Origin: Candidatus Methanophagales archaeon
GTDB lineage: Archaea > Halobacteriota > Syntropharchaeia > Alkanophagales > Methanospirareceae
Direction: 5' to 3'
Assembly (NCBI GenBank): GCA_021161765.1
Contig: JAGGZZ010000081.1
Location: 1-39,404 of the forward strand
Length of the DNA stretch: 39,404 nucleotides
Shown here: one piece after another, positions 9,077 through 18,727 of the stretch
How positions within the stretch are numbered: the first letter of the stretch is position 1
Layout: every line of letters begins with the position of its first letter
Translations under genes and position numbers: made by a program
The notes under the pieces: generated by a model
What the model saw: only the letters and a program-made list of their open reading frames with translations
Databases searched by the model: none
What the model was told of the DNA's origin: nothing

Positions 9077-10239
9077 TCACTCCAACCTCGCTCCGCGCTC
9101 CTTGCAGAATTTCTCACCTGCCTGCACCTCCTTCCCACAGCTTGGACACTTCCTCGACGAGCCTATCTCTGTCCGCTGCACAACACTGCCTTCAATAGTA
9201 ACACTTGTCGTGCCTGTTCCTTCTCCAATCCCACCAAAACTCGTTCTCTGCACCACAGAATCAATAATATTTATCACCTGCTTGCTTTCGATAACACCAA
9301 TCTCCTTTGCCGATTGAACCGAACCCGCGAGATGCCGTATACTGCTCGCAATCTCGTTCAAAAAACCGTGCAGACCATAAGGCTTATCCTATGCGCGCAG
9401 GCTTCTTTGACGAACACATCAATTTCGTTGATACTGATTCCGCTAAACGACAAACCTTCCTGAATGTATTCACATGCATTTGCGTGCTCTGCGAATTCGC
9501 CTTCACGCATTGCCTTCTCCTTGAGGAACGGGCAAACGCAGTGTACCCCTTTAGGTCGCATTTGAACAGTGTGCTTTGTGCCAATATGGTCTTTGTAGAC
9601 GATGGTCGCTTCTATTTTCTCATTGTGTATGCAGCCAAGCGGTGTAAGTATGTATTTTGCAGTTCGCTCGCCGTTCGGGTGGATGTTGGCGAGCGTTTGA
9701 ACCACGTTGCCTTTCAAAGCGAAGAGTGTTCTGGGATAGTCGGGTATAGTTTCTACATCCAATATCGCATAGCCTGTATTGTTCACGACGCGGATACCGA
9801 ATCTTAGGTCGTTGTTTCGCATGATTTCGTAGCCTCGTTTTATTTCTATGATAAGATCCAGTGACTTCTAATAATTGGGCTTAAATGTCTTTTCGGGTAA
9901 CTCCACTTCTATCTCTGGTTTGCTTTCTTCTCTCATTCTCTTCGCAGTTTCTTCCGCCTGTTTTGCATATTTGATCGCATCATCATAACTTCCCCCGGCA
10001 AATGTAGAATTTGCCTTATTTAATAGATTAGTAGCTTCTGAAACAGCGCAAAATTCTTTTACTTTTTCAATTGTAGCCTCTGACGATTCTATGCAGTCTT
10101 TTACCTCTCTATACTTTGTATCCGTCTCTTTTGCGATTCTTTCAGCTTCTTTTGACGAATTGTATGCTTCTTCGTATTCACCATTGTCTAACGACTTTCT
10201 TGCGTTCTCCAGATTTTTCTCTGCGTTTGATAACACCAT
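9077..10239 (-). pseudogene. Decayed multi-domain protein (helical TPR-like/coiled-coil, beta-sandwich, C-terminal zinc ribbon)
   Basis: ORF 9868-10239 continues in frame through TAG (PNY*KSLDL) into ORF 9358-9822. A frameshift near 9385 leads into 9077-9361, ending in CPSCG..FCKERG (degenerate ribbon). Confidence 0.7.
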
Positions 10240-10551
10240 CTCATAACCTTTACGTGTATAAACGTCTTATCTTATCACTCAAATCTTCGGATTTCCGCCG
10301 CAAGTTTCTTTCTCGATTAGTTAAAATATCTTTCCTGCTTCGAATGAATTCAATATTTTTCTCTTCTATTGGTATTCTTCTTCTTATCAATTAAAATTCT
10401 CATCATTTGATTACATCCCCTTTTCTCGATATAAAATACTTTTAATTTTGGATTTTCCCAATAACCTTTCTTGAATTCACCTTGCCTAATTTGTTGAGAA
10501 TACGTTTCAATTTCTCGGGGAGATAACTCACTGATTGTTATATTCTCTAGT

Positions 10552-10776
10552 TTATTTTTTAGCCCAGTTAAACCACTGAATATCTTTAATGGTTTTATGG
10601 CAACGATCACATTCCCAATGGTCTATGAATAAACCTTTATGTTGCCAAAAATGTCCGCCACAATTTGGATGCGCAAATCCGTCATCACCACGAGTTCTCA
10701 ATAAATCCCTATGAAGATTGCTAATGTACTTATACTTGCAGTTTGGGCAGAATTTCTCCAACTCTTCTTCAGACAT
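10552..10776 (-). CDS. Small Cys/His-rich putative zinc-binding protein
   Basis: MSEEELEKFCPNC...HPNCGGH...WECDRC; GGAGTGA RBS upstream of ATG at 10776. Confidence 0.55.
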   Translation of the reverse strand: MSEEELEKFCPNCKYKYISNLHRDLLRTRGDDGFAHPNCGGHFWQHKGLFIDHWECDRCHKTIKDIQWFNWAKK

Positions 10777-10781
10777 ACAAT

Positions 10782-11040
10782 TCACTCCCTTTTCCCAATC
10801 GCCGCCCCGCAATTCGTGCAGAACTTCGTGCCAACTGGCAGCTCAGCGTTGCATTCTGGACACATAACAACCTTCTTCACTTCTTGAATCGCTCTTTTTC
10901 GAGTTTTAGTTCATGCGCTTTTCTTTCCAGCTCAAGAGTATGTTCATGCCGCTCTGCATCCATATCCAGTTCACGCCGCTGTTCAACTCGTTTCAGCATC
11001 AACTTCCGTGCAAACGCACTATCCTCACGATTTCTCTGAG
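10782..11040 (-). pseudogene. 5'-truncated fragment: coiled-coil followed (frameshifted) by zinc ribbon
   Basis: REDSAFARKLMLKRVEQRRELDMDAERHEHTLELERKAHELKLEKE, then in another frame VMCPECNAELPVGTKFCTNCGAAIGKRE*. Confidence 0.6.
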
Positions 11041-11500
11041 TCGGAACTTTTTTTTTATCACATTTAAAAACATGTCAGTGATTCAAGTCCCATAGGGATG
11101 CCTATGAGAATTAGCAAAACCAAAGTTTTTGACTTTCTCATGAGATGCCAAATCGAAAAAGGGGGATATACAGGCAACGACATTGCAGAAATAGCTAAAA
11201 ACATCCCAGTATCGCCGCGAGCTCTGAGAAAACGGATAAATTATTGGAGGTTGAGTTTCATGCAGAAGAGGGACACTCTTGTAGGTGAAGAGAGTGCCTG
11301 AAATGAACAAAAAGTTATTAATATTTAAACGTAAGAAGGCAAAAGAACTACACGAGAAAGGATGGAGTAACCGCAAGATAGCACGTCATCTACTGGCAAG
11401 CAAAAACAGTGTAGGTAAATGGGTGCACGCAGATGGATGAAAGCGAAATATCAAGTGATAACAGAGGCGGGGAAAAGGGGAAATTAAAAAACTATATCAG
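11040..11500 (+). mobile_element. Insertion-sequence remnant (two short HTH-containing ORF fragments)
   Basis: 11098-11301 (IAEIAKNIPVSPRALRKRI, HTH-like) and ATG 11303 MNKKLLIFKRKKAKELHEKGWSNRKIARHLLASKNSVGKWV (transposase-type N-terminal HTH), frameshifted and truncated. No DDE domain remains. Confidence 0.5.
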
Positions 11501-11529
11501 AGACACTGATTAACGCAGACAAAAAAAAA

Positions 11530-11666
11530 ACAGAAAATAAATTATAGACACAGATTAACGCAGATTAACACAGATGATAAGAATCAGCAATGTTCAACGT
11601 GTAAATAAATCTGCGTAAATCCGTGTAAATCTGTGTCTTAAATAGAAGGAAGTGACACTTTATATA
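11530..11666 (+). repeat. Palindromic 10-bp-unit element, copy 2 (core 11546-11638; extra partial arm 11501-11520)
   Basis: AGAAAATAAATTAT-AGACACAGATTAACGCAGATTAACACAGAT ... AATCTGCGTAAATCCGTGTAAATCTGTGTCT-TAAATAGAAGGAAG. Confidence 0.9.
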
Positions 11667-11679
11667 CAACGAAAAGTGT

Positions 11680-12972
11680 ATGGAGATAACAGTGCGAAAG
11701 TCGGGGATAAAAGGCGAGATAACTGCTCCTCCTTCTAAAAGCTACACGCATAGAGCCATTGCAATAGCTTCGCTCGCGCAAAAAAGCGATATCTTTTACC
11801 CCCTTATCTCTGAGGATACAAAAGCTACAATTAACGCCGCAGAATGCCTGGGTGCCGTTGTAGAATACGATGAGCACGTGAGGAAAATAAGGATAGAAGG
11901 CACAGAAGGACAACCGAGAACACCTGAAGACGTGATAAACGCCGAAAACTCGGGCACCACGCTGAGGTTCTTCACCGCTATTTCCTCTTTATGCGATGGC
12001 ACTACGGTTCTAACCGGCGATGCATCCTTAAGAAAGCGCCCAAATTCGCCTTTGCTCACGGCGCTGAACGACCTCGGCGCAGAGGCTATTTCGATAAAAG
12101 GAGATGGAACCGCGCCAATAGAGGTAAGAGGAAAGCTAAAAGGCGGAGAAACCACTATGGACGCTTCTATCAGCTCGCAGTTCATTTCCGCACTGCTCAT
12201 CGCCTGCCCGCTTGCAGAAAAACCTTCTTATATTGCTGCAACTAATCTCTCCTCCGTGCCTTATATGAGAATGACCGCTGAGGTATTAGAGCAAGCCGGG
12301 GTGAAAATCCCCTTCTCTCGCTCGTCCAACGATTATGCTTTTCACGTAGAAGGAGGCAAAAGATACGAGTTACGAAGGTTCACGGTTCCCGGCGATTTTT
12401 CATCGGCTTCTTATCTGTTAGCAGCCGCAGCAATCACGGATTCCGAGTTGAGAATAACAAATTTGTTCCCTTCTACACAGGGCGATTCACGAATAGTGGA
12501 AATATTGCGTGATATGGGTGCAGACATAAAATGGGCTGAGGAGAGTGGAGTGGTCGAAGTAAAAGGAACGAAAGAAGGTGAGCTGAAAGGCATAAAGGTG
12601 GATATGCGAGAGAACCCTGATTTGGTGCCTACCATTGCCGTATCCGCCGCGGTTGCCGCAGGCACGACAGAAATAACCGGAGTTGCTCATCTGAGATATA
12701 AAGAGACCGATAGATTGCGGTTTCTGACCGAAGAGCTGAGAAAAATGGGTGTGCGGATAGAGGAGAAGGAAGATGGACTGGTAATAGAAGGCGGAAAAAA
12801 AAGGAGATTAAAAGCTGCAAAGGTGTATTCCCATGACGACCACCGGTTAGCGATGGCTTTGTGTATTGCTGCTCTTTCCGCCACAGGGGAAACAGTTATA
12901 GAAGGGGCAGAATGTGCTGAAGTTTCTTATCCTTCTTTCTTTGAGGATATACGCAATTTGGTGCCGATATAG
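11680..12972 (+). CDS. aroA: 3-phosphoshikimate 1-carboxyvinyltransferase (EPSP synthase)
   Basis: PPSKSYTHRA, NSGTTLRF, SSQFISALL, PGDFSSA, LRYKETDR, DDHRLAMA, VSYPSFF. Confidence 0.97.
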   Translation: MEITVRKSGIKGEITAPPSKSYTHRAIAIASLAQKSDIFYPLISEDTKATINAAECLGAVVEYDEHVRKIRIEGTEGQPRTPEDVINAENSGTTLRFFTAISSLCDGTTVLTGDASLRKRPNSPLLTALNDLGAEAISIKGDGTAPIEVRGKLKGGETTMDASISSQFISALLIACPLAEKPSYIAATNLSSVPYMRMTAEVLEQAGVKIPFSRSSNDYAFHVEGGKRYELRRFTVPGDFSSASYLLAAAAITDSELRITNLFPSTQGDSRIVEILRDMGADIKWAEESGVVEVKGTKEGELKGIKVDMRENPDLVPTIAVSAAVAAGTTEITGVAHLRYKETDRLRFLTEELRKMGVRIEEKEDGLVIEGGKKRRLKAAKVYSHDDHRLAMALCIAALSATGETVIEGAECAEVSYPSFFEDIRNLVPI

Positions 12973-13010
12973 CGCTGCCGAACACTGAACACTAACATTA
13001 AAAAATTATT

Positions 13011-13162
13011 AACCACAGATTACACAGATTTCCACAAGAAAACAGAAAATAGATTATAGACACAGATTAACGCAGATTAACACAGATAATAAGAATCAAC
13101 ACGGTTAAACTAAAATAAATCTGCGTAAATCAGTGTAAATCTGTGTCTTAAATAGAAGGAAG
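13011..13162 (+). repeat. Palindromic 10-bp-unit element, copy 3 (core 13058-13148)
   Basis: Near-identical to copy 2 including the AAAACAGAAAAT leader and TAAATAGAAGGAAG tail; extra AACCACAGATTACACAGATT arm at 13011. Confidence 0.9.
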
Positions 13163-13182
13163 ACTCAGACAGCACAGAGGCA

Positions 13183-13377
13183 TTAACTTTTTTTGGCTTT
13201 TATGAATTCCGTGTAGCCGCATTTACCGCATGTATATCGGTCTTTATGCTCGGCTAAAAACACGCCCGCACCGCATCTTGGACACGTCTTTCGTTTCCTT
13301 TGCAATTTCCATCCCGCCTTCGCTTTTCCTTTCCCTTTTTCCTCTACCAATTCGTAAAACGTATGTATTGCTGTCAT
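13183..13377 (-). CDS. rps27ae: 30S ribosomal protein S27ae (eS31)
   Basis: [30 protein letters not shown]; downstream of S24e. Confidence 0.95.
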   Translation of the reverse strand: MTAIHTFYELVEEKGKGKAKAGWKLQRKRKTCPRCGAGVFLAEHKDRYTCGKCGYTEFIKAKKS

Positions 13378-13706
13378 TCTTCTTGTCCCTCTTTTCCTTC
13401 GCCTATACCCTGGCTGCCGAAATTCCTCCTTATTATGTGTTCCTGCTCTACTTCCTTCAGCCGCTCCTCGTTTTCATATACCCTAGCATAGCCAACCGTC
13501 TCTCTTTTCCCGAATTCCGTTCGCATCTTGTCTATTACGAGCAGATTTGGCTTGCACTGAAGCTTTTTTATCAATACTTCTCGTGCTTGGGCTCTGCTTG
13601 GCGAAGCGCCTTTCGTTTCACTCTTTTCGTCGTGCTTTAACCTGAAAAATACTTCCTTCCTATTCAATAATTGATTTTCCCTCTCCTCTTTTATCTCTAT
13701 TTCCAT
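13374..13706 (-). CDS. rps24e: 30S ribosomal protein S24e
   Basis: [38 protein letters not shown]. Confidence 0.95.
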   Translation of the reverse strand: MEIEIKEERENQLLNRKEVFFRLKHDEKSETKGASPSRAQAREVLIKKLQCKPNLLVIDKMRTEFGKRETVGYARVYENEERLKEVEQEHIIRRNFGSQGIGEGKEGQEE

Positions 13707-13722
13707 TTTTCTTTTTCTTATA

Positions 13723-16700
13723 CTATGCCCCCTGTGATTCTTCTTCTAATTTAATAGCAGGTATCCAATCATAATAAACTTTGCCATTTGTGTCAATGAA
13801 CTCATTGCAAGTGATTGTCCCTGCTCCGCTAGCTACTTCTAACTCATCCGTGTGCCAAATCTGCGGATACGAGCCAGTGCGGATGGTGTAGTTGTATTTT
13901 TCGTTGGCGACAAGCGTGAAAGACTTGTTAAAGGATATGTTATGCCAGTCTCCCTTGTAGCCGTTCCAGGTTGCGTTTACATCCAACGTGGAGTTCCATA
14001 TCCTTGCGTATTCGGTATGCCCGCCCGTGCCTGCGCAGGGATAGGTGTAAAGTTTGTTCACGGTGATTGTTTGGCTTGGCGTGATTGTGCCGTTGTGCGT
14101 GCCGAAGATGCTCGGGTATGGATTTACTGGCTCACCCATGTCAAAAATATTTTCCACTTTTATCCAACCATTAGGATCTTCAAATGGATAATGATCTATG
14201 CTGTCTGCATCGATATAATAAGGTTCGCTTCCATTACTTGGATTCCCAGTGCAGACATGGTCGCTCCAATAGTTTCCTCCTGAAGGATAGCCGTTGTCCC
14301 AAGAATTAATGTTACCATTGTCAAATGCTTGATTAGTGTTGTTTATGATGTTATTGTGGTAGATGAAATTGTTGTCAGATGTGCCTATGAGTATACCAAC
14401 ACAGTTATTTGAAGCATCGTTATTCTCAATCGTATTAAATTCGGAGCCTTCAATTAATAGAATACCAATACTTGCCATATCTTCCTCTTCAAAGCCAGTG
14501 TTGTTGCTGGCAGTGTTATTAATTATATTGTTGTCACAAGATTCCGCTATGAATATGCCAAAGTAGTTGTTCGAGGCTTCATTATTCTCAATCATATTAA
14601 ACTCAGAGCCTTCAACCAATAGAACACCTGTACTCGGTGGTATGTCATCATTTCCCTCAAAACCGGTATTGTTATTAGCGATGTTGCTGATTATTTTATT
14701 GTAAGATGAACTTGCAAGAATTATTCCAAAGTCATTATTTGAAGCGTTGTTGTTGGTCAATGTGTTGTTTACAGATTCAACTATGAATATGCCTAAGTAG
14801 TTGTTCGTGGCAGTGTTAGTTTTCACTGTATTCTGATCAGAATTGCCCAATAAAATGCCACTGCTTGGTGGCGCATCATCGCCTTCGAAACCAGTGTTGT
14901 TGTCAGCGATGTTGTTACTAATGGTGTTATTGCCACAAGATTCGGCTATGAATATGCCAAAGTAGTTGTTCGAAGCAGTATTATTTTCTATTTTGTTATG
15001 ATCGGAATAATCTAATAGAATAATACCGCTGCTTGGAGAATCATCGGAATCGGTATTATTTTCTGCAATATTTTTTTCTATCGTGATGTAAGACGATCTT
15101 TCAAGGTATATACCGTGGCTATTATTCGAAGCATCGTTATTGCTTAAAGTGCTATTACTCGATGAATCTAAGCGGACTCCAGCGCCACGATTTGAATTTA
15201 TTATATTATTTATGATAGTTGCAGAAGAATAGTCACAGTAGATGCCACATTCGCTGTTTAAGATTATATTGTTATTTCTTATGATTGGAGAAGAATCCCT
15301 GCTATAAACACCTTCATCACCATTTGATGATATCGTATTATTTGCAACGATTGGGTTAGAGGAGTAATGAAACGAAATGCCAGCACGCAGGTTCGACGTT
15401 ATATTATTGTTGGTGATGGGTGGGGCGGAATAATAACAGCAGATTCCATTTTCAGTGTTTGATGATATTGTATTATTGGCAATGATTGGATTGGAAGAAT
15501 CGCAGCCTATACCGTCATCATTATTTGATAATATAGTATTGTTATCAATAGTTGGGGACGAATGGTCACAGCCTACACCACCACCATTATTGTGGGATAT
15601 ATTGTTGTTGCAAATATTCGGGTCAGAAAAATGTTTACATAGGATGCCAGCATCTTCGTTTGAAGTTATGGTGTTGTTTGTGACGATTCCACTTGAAAAG
15701 TCTTCATAAACGATGCCCTCGTCGGTGTTATTTGATATCGTGTTATTAGTAATTGTTACATTGGAAGATGATTTTAAAGCAATGCCACGCCGATGGTTAT
15801 CTGTTATTTTGTTTCCGGAAATTAATGTATTGCTGGAAGGATTTGCCCAAATCCCATCTTTTTCATTGAGTGATATCATGTTATTAATGATGGTGAGATA
15901 CGAGGAATATGCACCGATGCCAAAATTACTATTGTTTTGCAATATATTACCCTCAATGGTTACATTGGTTGAAAAATTCCACACGTTAATCCCATCATCG
16001 TGATTATCTGCTATCCTATTTCCGTAAATCACTACATCAACTGAAGATCCTAAACCAATGCCATGATCAGTATTGTTTGTTATTGTATTGCCAGCAATAA
16101 ATAATAGGGAAGACGAATCACACCAGATGCCACGACTATTATTTGAAACAGTGTTATTTATTAGAGTGTTGTTGTTGCTGAAACCCACACAAATACCACC
16201 ACCCTCGTTATTCCAGTTTACGATGTTATTAATTACTTTATTATCGTTACTATTAGACATCACCAGTACACCTTCATCGCTGTTATAGGATACATTATTG
16301 CTGGCTATTGTATTATTATTGGCGGAATTCAAGACGATGCCTTGATCACTGGTGTTGTAAATAATGTTGCTTGTTATGTTATTGGTGTTCGATAAAACCA
16401 GAGCGATGCCATTTGGAGTGTTGCAAACAGTATTGTTTGTAATCGTGTTATGATTGGAGTTGTATAACCAGATGCCATTGCAACTATTTCTCACTGTAAA
16501 CCCGCTGATTACACAGTCATCAGCATTCACATTTACAACATCTCCACTTCCGCTGCCATCAATAATTGTCGTGTTCCTATCCTCACCTTGGAGTGTCATC
16601 GACTTATCCACAACCACATTCTCAAAGTAAGTCCCATTATAAACAAAAATTGTATCCCCAGCACTTGCATTATCCACCGCCCACTGTATCTTTGCATAAT

Positions 16701-16797
16701 TGTCAGGCACGTAAATCGTTGCACTCGCAACCCCGCTCACGCAAACGAACAAAGCAAATCCAATCACCAAAACAAATATCAAATTAATCTTCTTCAT
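13723..16797 (-). CDS. Secreted NosD/pectin-lyase-like parallel beta-helix surface protein
   Basis: Signal peptide, IYVPDNYAKIQWAVDNASAGDTIFVYNGTY cap, many N-x-I-x-N-N..GI repeats, WDNGYPSGGNYWSD, and a C-terminal NPYPSIFGTHNGTI..YTYPCAGTGGHTEY domain. Confidence 0.9.
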   Translation of the reverse strand: MKKINLIFVLVIGFALFVCVSGVASATIYVPDNYAKIQWAVDNASAGDTIFVYNGTYFENVVVDKSMTLQGEDRNTTIIDGSGSGDVVNVNADDCVISGFTVRNSCNGIWLYNSNHNTITNNTVCNTPNGIALVLSNTNNITSNIIYNTSDQGIVLNSANNNTIASNNVSYNSDEGVLVMSNSNDNKVINNIVNWNNEGGGICVGFSNNNTLINNTVSNNSRGIWCDSSSLLFIAGNTITNNTDHGIGLGSSVDVVIYGNRIADNHDDGINVWNFSTNVTIEGNILQNNSNFGIGAYSSYLTIINNMISLNEKDGIWANPSSNTLISGNKITDNHRRGIALKSSSNVTITNNTISNNTDEGIVYEDFSSGIVTNNTITSNEDAGILCKHFSDPNICNNNISHNNGGGVGCDHSSPTIDNNTILSNNDDGIGCDSSNPIIANNTISSNTENGICCYYSAPPITNNNITSNLRAGISFHYSSNPIVANNTISSNGDEGVYSRDSSPIIRNNNIILNSECGIYCDYSSATIINNIINSNRGAGVRLDSSSNSTLSNNDASNNSHGIYLERSSYITIEKNIAENNTDSDDSPSSGIILLDYSDHNKIENNTASNNYFGIFIAESCGNNTISNNIADNNTGFEGDDAPPSSGILLGNSDQNTVKTNTATNNYLGIFIVESVNNTLTNNNASNNDFGIILASSSYNKIISNIANNNTGFEGNDDIPPSTGVLLVEGSEFNMIENNEASNNYFGIFIAESCDNNIINNTASNNTGFEEEDMASIGILLIEGSEFNTIENNDASNNCVGILIGTSDNNFIYHNNIINNTNQAFDNGNINSWDNGYPSGGNYWSDHVCTGNPSNGSEPYYIDADSIDHYPFEDPNGWIKVENIFDMGEPVNPYPSIFGTHNGTITPSQTITVNKLYTYPCAGTGGHTEYARIWNSTLDVNATWNGYKGDWHNISFNKSFTLVANEKYNYTIRTGSYPQIWHTDELEVASGAGTITCNEFIDTNGKVYYDWIPAIKLEEESQGA

Positions 16798-16856
16798 ACT
16801 TCAACCCCCTCCAAATCCATAACCCTCACCCTATTTCTCCTCTTCATCGCTTATCC

Positions 16857-17225
16857 CTATCCCTTTATCCTCTCAACGCACGCACCCGAATCGAACATAA
16901 TCTCAACACCTGAGTTCCCCAACTCCTCATTAACTTCAGGATGGTCAAAATCCTCTTTGTCTTCTGTGTAAAATATTTTACACAATTCTGCGTGATGTTC
17001 AGTCTGCGATATTTGCCCAAGCAATGACAAAGCCTCATCAATTCTCTCTGCACGCTTTATGAGTTTCCTGTTCAAAGAGCCATCCGCCTCATAGAATGAA
17101 TATTCTGGAACGGCAATATCAATTTTCTCCGTTCGTGCAAGCCTCATTAGATACGCAGATGTAGAATCTTGCACCAGTACAAGGTTTTCCAGCCAATTAG
17201 TCTCAGCTATCAGTAGAACTCGCAT
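16857..17225 (-). CDS. PIN-domain (VapC-like) toxin, possibly internally deleted
   Basis: MRVLLIAETNWL (PIN first strand with acidic residue), IAVPEYSFYE, IFYTEDKEDF. It overlaps an upstream small ORF. Confidence 0.6.
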   Translation of the reverse strand: MRVLLIAETNWLENLVLVQDSTSAYLMRLARTEKIDIAVPEYSFYEADGSLNRKLIKRAERIDEALSLLGQISQTEHHAELCKIFYTEDKEDFDHPEVNEELGNSGVEIMFDSGACVERIKG

Positions 17226-17355
17226 GCTTTCTTTTCTTCTTGTACTCTGCAACCGCTTCAGGGACTATATCCTTCAAAGCACCCCAAACCTTTCTTATTT
17301 CAGGATCTTTTAATACCTCTTTTCGCATTTCTTCTTCTGTAAGTTTTTTAGCCAT
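17203..17355 (-). CDS. Putative antitoxin (50 aa)
   Basis: MAKKLTEEEMRKEVLKDPEIRKVWGALKDIVPEAVAEYKKKRKHASSTDS; GGAGGT RBS; overlaps the PIN start. Confidence 0.6.
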   Translation of the reverse strand: MAKKLTEEEMRKEVLKDPEIRKVWGALKDIVPEAVAEYKKKRKHASSTDS

Positions 17356-17400
17356 TTTTTCTACCTCCTATAAAAGTTGTATTTTTTTCTTTTGTTTTTG

Positions 17401-17506
17401 TATATAAAGTATAACCACCTTCTACTTAAGACACAGATTTACACGGATTTACACGGCACGGACTTATTTATTTAATCTTGTGTTAATCTCGTGAAATCTT
17501 GTGGTT
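17401..17506 (-). repeat. Palindromic 10-bp-unit element, copy 4
   Basis: Reverse strand: AACCACAAGATTTCACGAGATTAACACAAGATT ... GTAAATCCGTGTAAATCTGTGTCTTAAGTAGAAGGTGGTTATACTTTATATA. Confidence 0.8.
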
Positions 17507-17522
17507 TAGGTTTTTTTATCTT

Positions 17523-17906
17523 TCACCTCCTCCCCTCCTCAATCTTCTCAATGTAATATTTGAGGTCATCCAATCGTATCTGAACCTCATCGAAATCCAA
17601 TGACCGCTCATAGTAGCATTCTATATGCAGGTTATCCCGTAGCGAGAAATATAACCATTCAAGCTCCTTTTCCACATATCTGTACACCATGCGTCTTCTC
17701 CCCCAATCTGTTCTGTGCAACTCCTCTTCTTTTACTCCTTTTTTGACCAAGAGTGCGTAAGTGGCTTCTATCGCAGAAAGCCAACCCTTTGCGCAGGCAT
17801 CACACAGAAAAATACGGTCGTTCTTCTCCCTCGCTATTTCAAACTCCTCTACTGCTTTTCGATACAATTTCTTTGCATCTTCCAAATGCAATTGCTCTGA
17901 AGCCAT
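17523..17906 (-). CDS. HEPN-like (PaREP1/DUF5618-type) protein, paralog B
   Basis: All-helical; DACAKGWLSAIEA resembles the PaREP1 A.EK.W.A motif; LRDNLHIECYY has an R..H motif. Confidence 0.65.
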   Translation of the reverse strand: MASEQLHLEDAKKLYRKAVEEFEIAREKNDRIFLCDACAKGWLSAIEATYALLVKKGVKEEELHRTDWGRRRMVYRYVEKELEWLYFSLRDNLHIECYYERSLDFDEVQIRLDDLKYYIEKIEEGRR

Positions 17907-18034
17907 TTTATTTCCCCTCCCTATTATCTATCCAAATATCCAAAATTAAGCAGTTCGCTTCATTTTCTCTCTCTTCTAAATATCTTCTTCTGCGTATAAA
18001 AAGCTTTTTGATTGCTTTCGCTTTTATTTATTAT

Positions 18035-18427
18035 TCACCTTCTTACTTCCTTTAACTCTTCTACCTCATCAATGTAATATCTAAGGTCATTCAAATGTAT
18101 CTGAACCTCATCGAAATCCAATGACCGCTCATAGTAGCATTCTATATGCAGATTATCCCGCAACGAAAAATAATACAATTTAAGCTCCTTCCCCGCATAT
18201 CTGTACACCATGCGTCTCCTCCCCCAATCTGTTCTGAGCAACTCCTCTTCTTTTACTCCTTTTTTGAGCACGAGTGCGTAAGTAGCTTCTACTGCAGCAA
18301 GCCAACCCTTTGCACAGGCATCGCACAGAAAAACACGGTCGTTCTTCTCCCTCGCTATCTCAAACTCCTCTACCGCTTTTCGATACAATTTCTTTGCATC
18401 TTCCAAATGCAATTGCTCTTCGCTCAT
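18035..18427 (-). CDS. HEPN-like (PaREP1/DUF5618-type) protein, paralog A
   Basis: Aligns almost residue-for-residue with 17523-17906. Confidence 0.65.
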   Translation of the reverse strand: MSEEQLHLEDAKKLYRKAVEEFEIAREKNDRVFLCDACAKGWLAAVEATYALVLKKGVKEEELLRTDWGRRRMVYRYAGKELKLYYFSLRDNLHIECYYERSLDFDEVQIHLNDLRYYIDEVEELKEVRR

Positions 18428-18435
18428 TCTTCTTT

Positions 18436-18621
18436 TTACCTCACTTTCAACGCATACTTTCCTTCTTTTTTATACCCTAATCTCTTCGCTATCTCTGACC
18501 CTTCTGCATCTATAATCACTACATACCCGCTCCAGTCCGTACTGATTGAATTGGAGCCGCATTTGCATACCGATTTTCCCGTTTCAATTATCCTGCGACA
18601 CTCTCTGCACGCTTTCTCCAT
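18436..18621 (-). CDS. spt4: Transcription elongation factor Spt4 (RpoE2)
   Basis: KACRECRRI..CKCGS..STDWSGYVVIID..SEIAKRLG..GKYALKVR. Confidence 0.95.
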   Translation of the reverse strand: MEKACRECRRIIETGKSVCKCGSNSISTDWSGYVVIIDAEGSEIAKRLGYKKEGKYALKVR

Positions 18622-18639
18622 AACTCTTTTTCTTTTTTA

Positions 18640-18712
18640 CAAAAAACTTTTTTGCTTCGCAAAAACCTTTACTAAAAATAATCGTTTCTTTGGTAAAGCT
18701 TTCTTTTTTGAA
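18640..18712. repeat. AT-rich palindromic repeat family B copy
   Basis: TTTCTTTGGTAAAGCTTTCTTTTTTGAA (18685-18712), related to 1553-1580 (reverse), 27562-27597 and 37013-37049. Confidence 0.55.
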
Positions 18713-18727
18713 TTTTTATTATATAAT

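Noticed and set aside
144..9870. Genome-wide stop-codon reassignment (TGA=Trp/Sec, TAG=Pyl)
   Set aside because: TGA and TAG end many intact conserved genes here (ftsZ, rnz, rpoE1, aroA, ppsA, secD) and TGG is used normally. The TAG at 9868 is in a gene with other lesions.
10350..10610. 86-aa minus-strand ORF
   Set aside because: It overlaps the small Zn protein gene, has no clear RBS or motifs, and is probably debris of the decayed island.
13723..16797. Diversity-generating retroelement target in the Asn-rich surface protein
   Set aside because: No reverse transcriptase and no template/variable repeat pair with adenine-specific differences.
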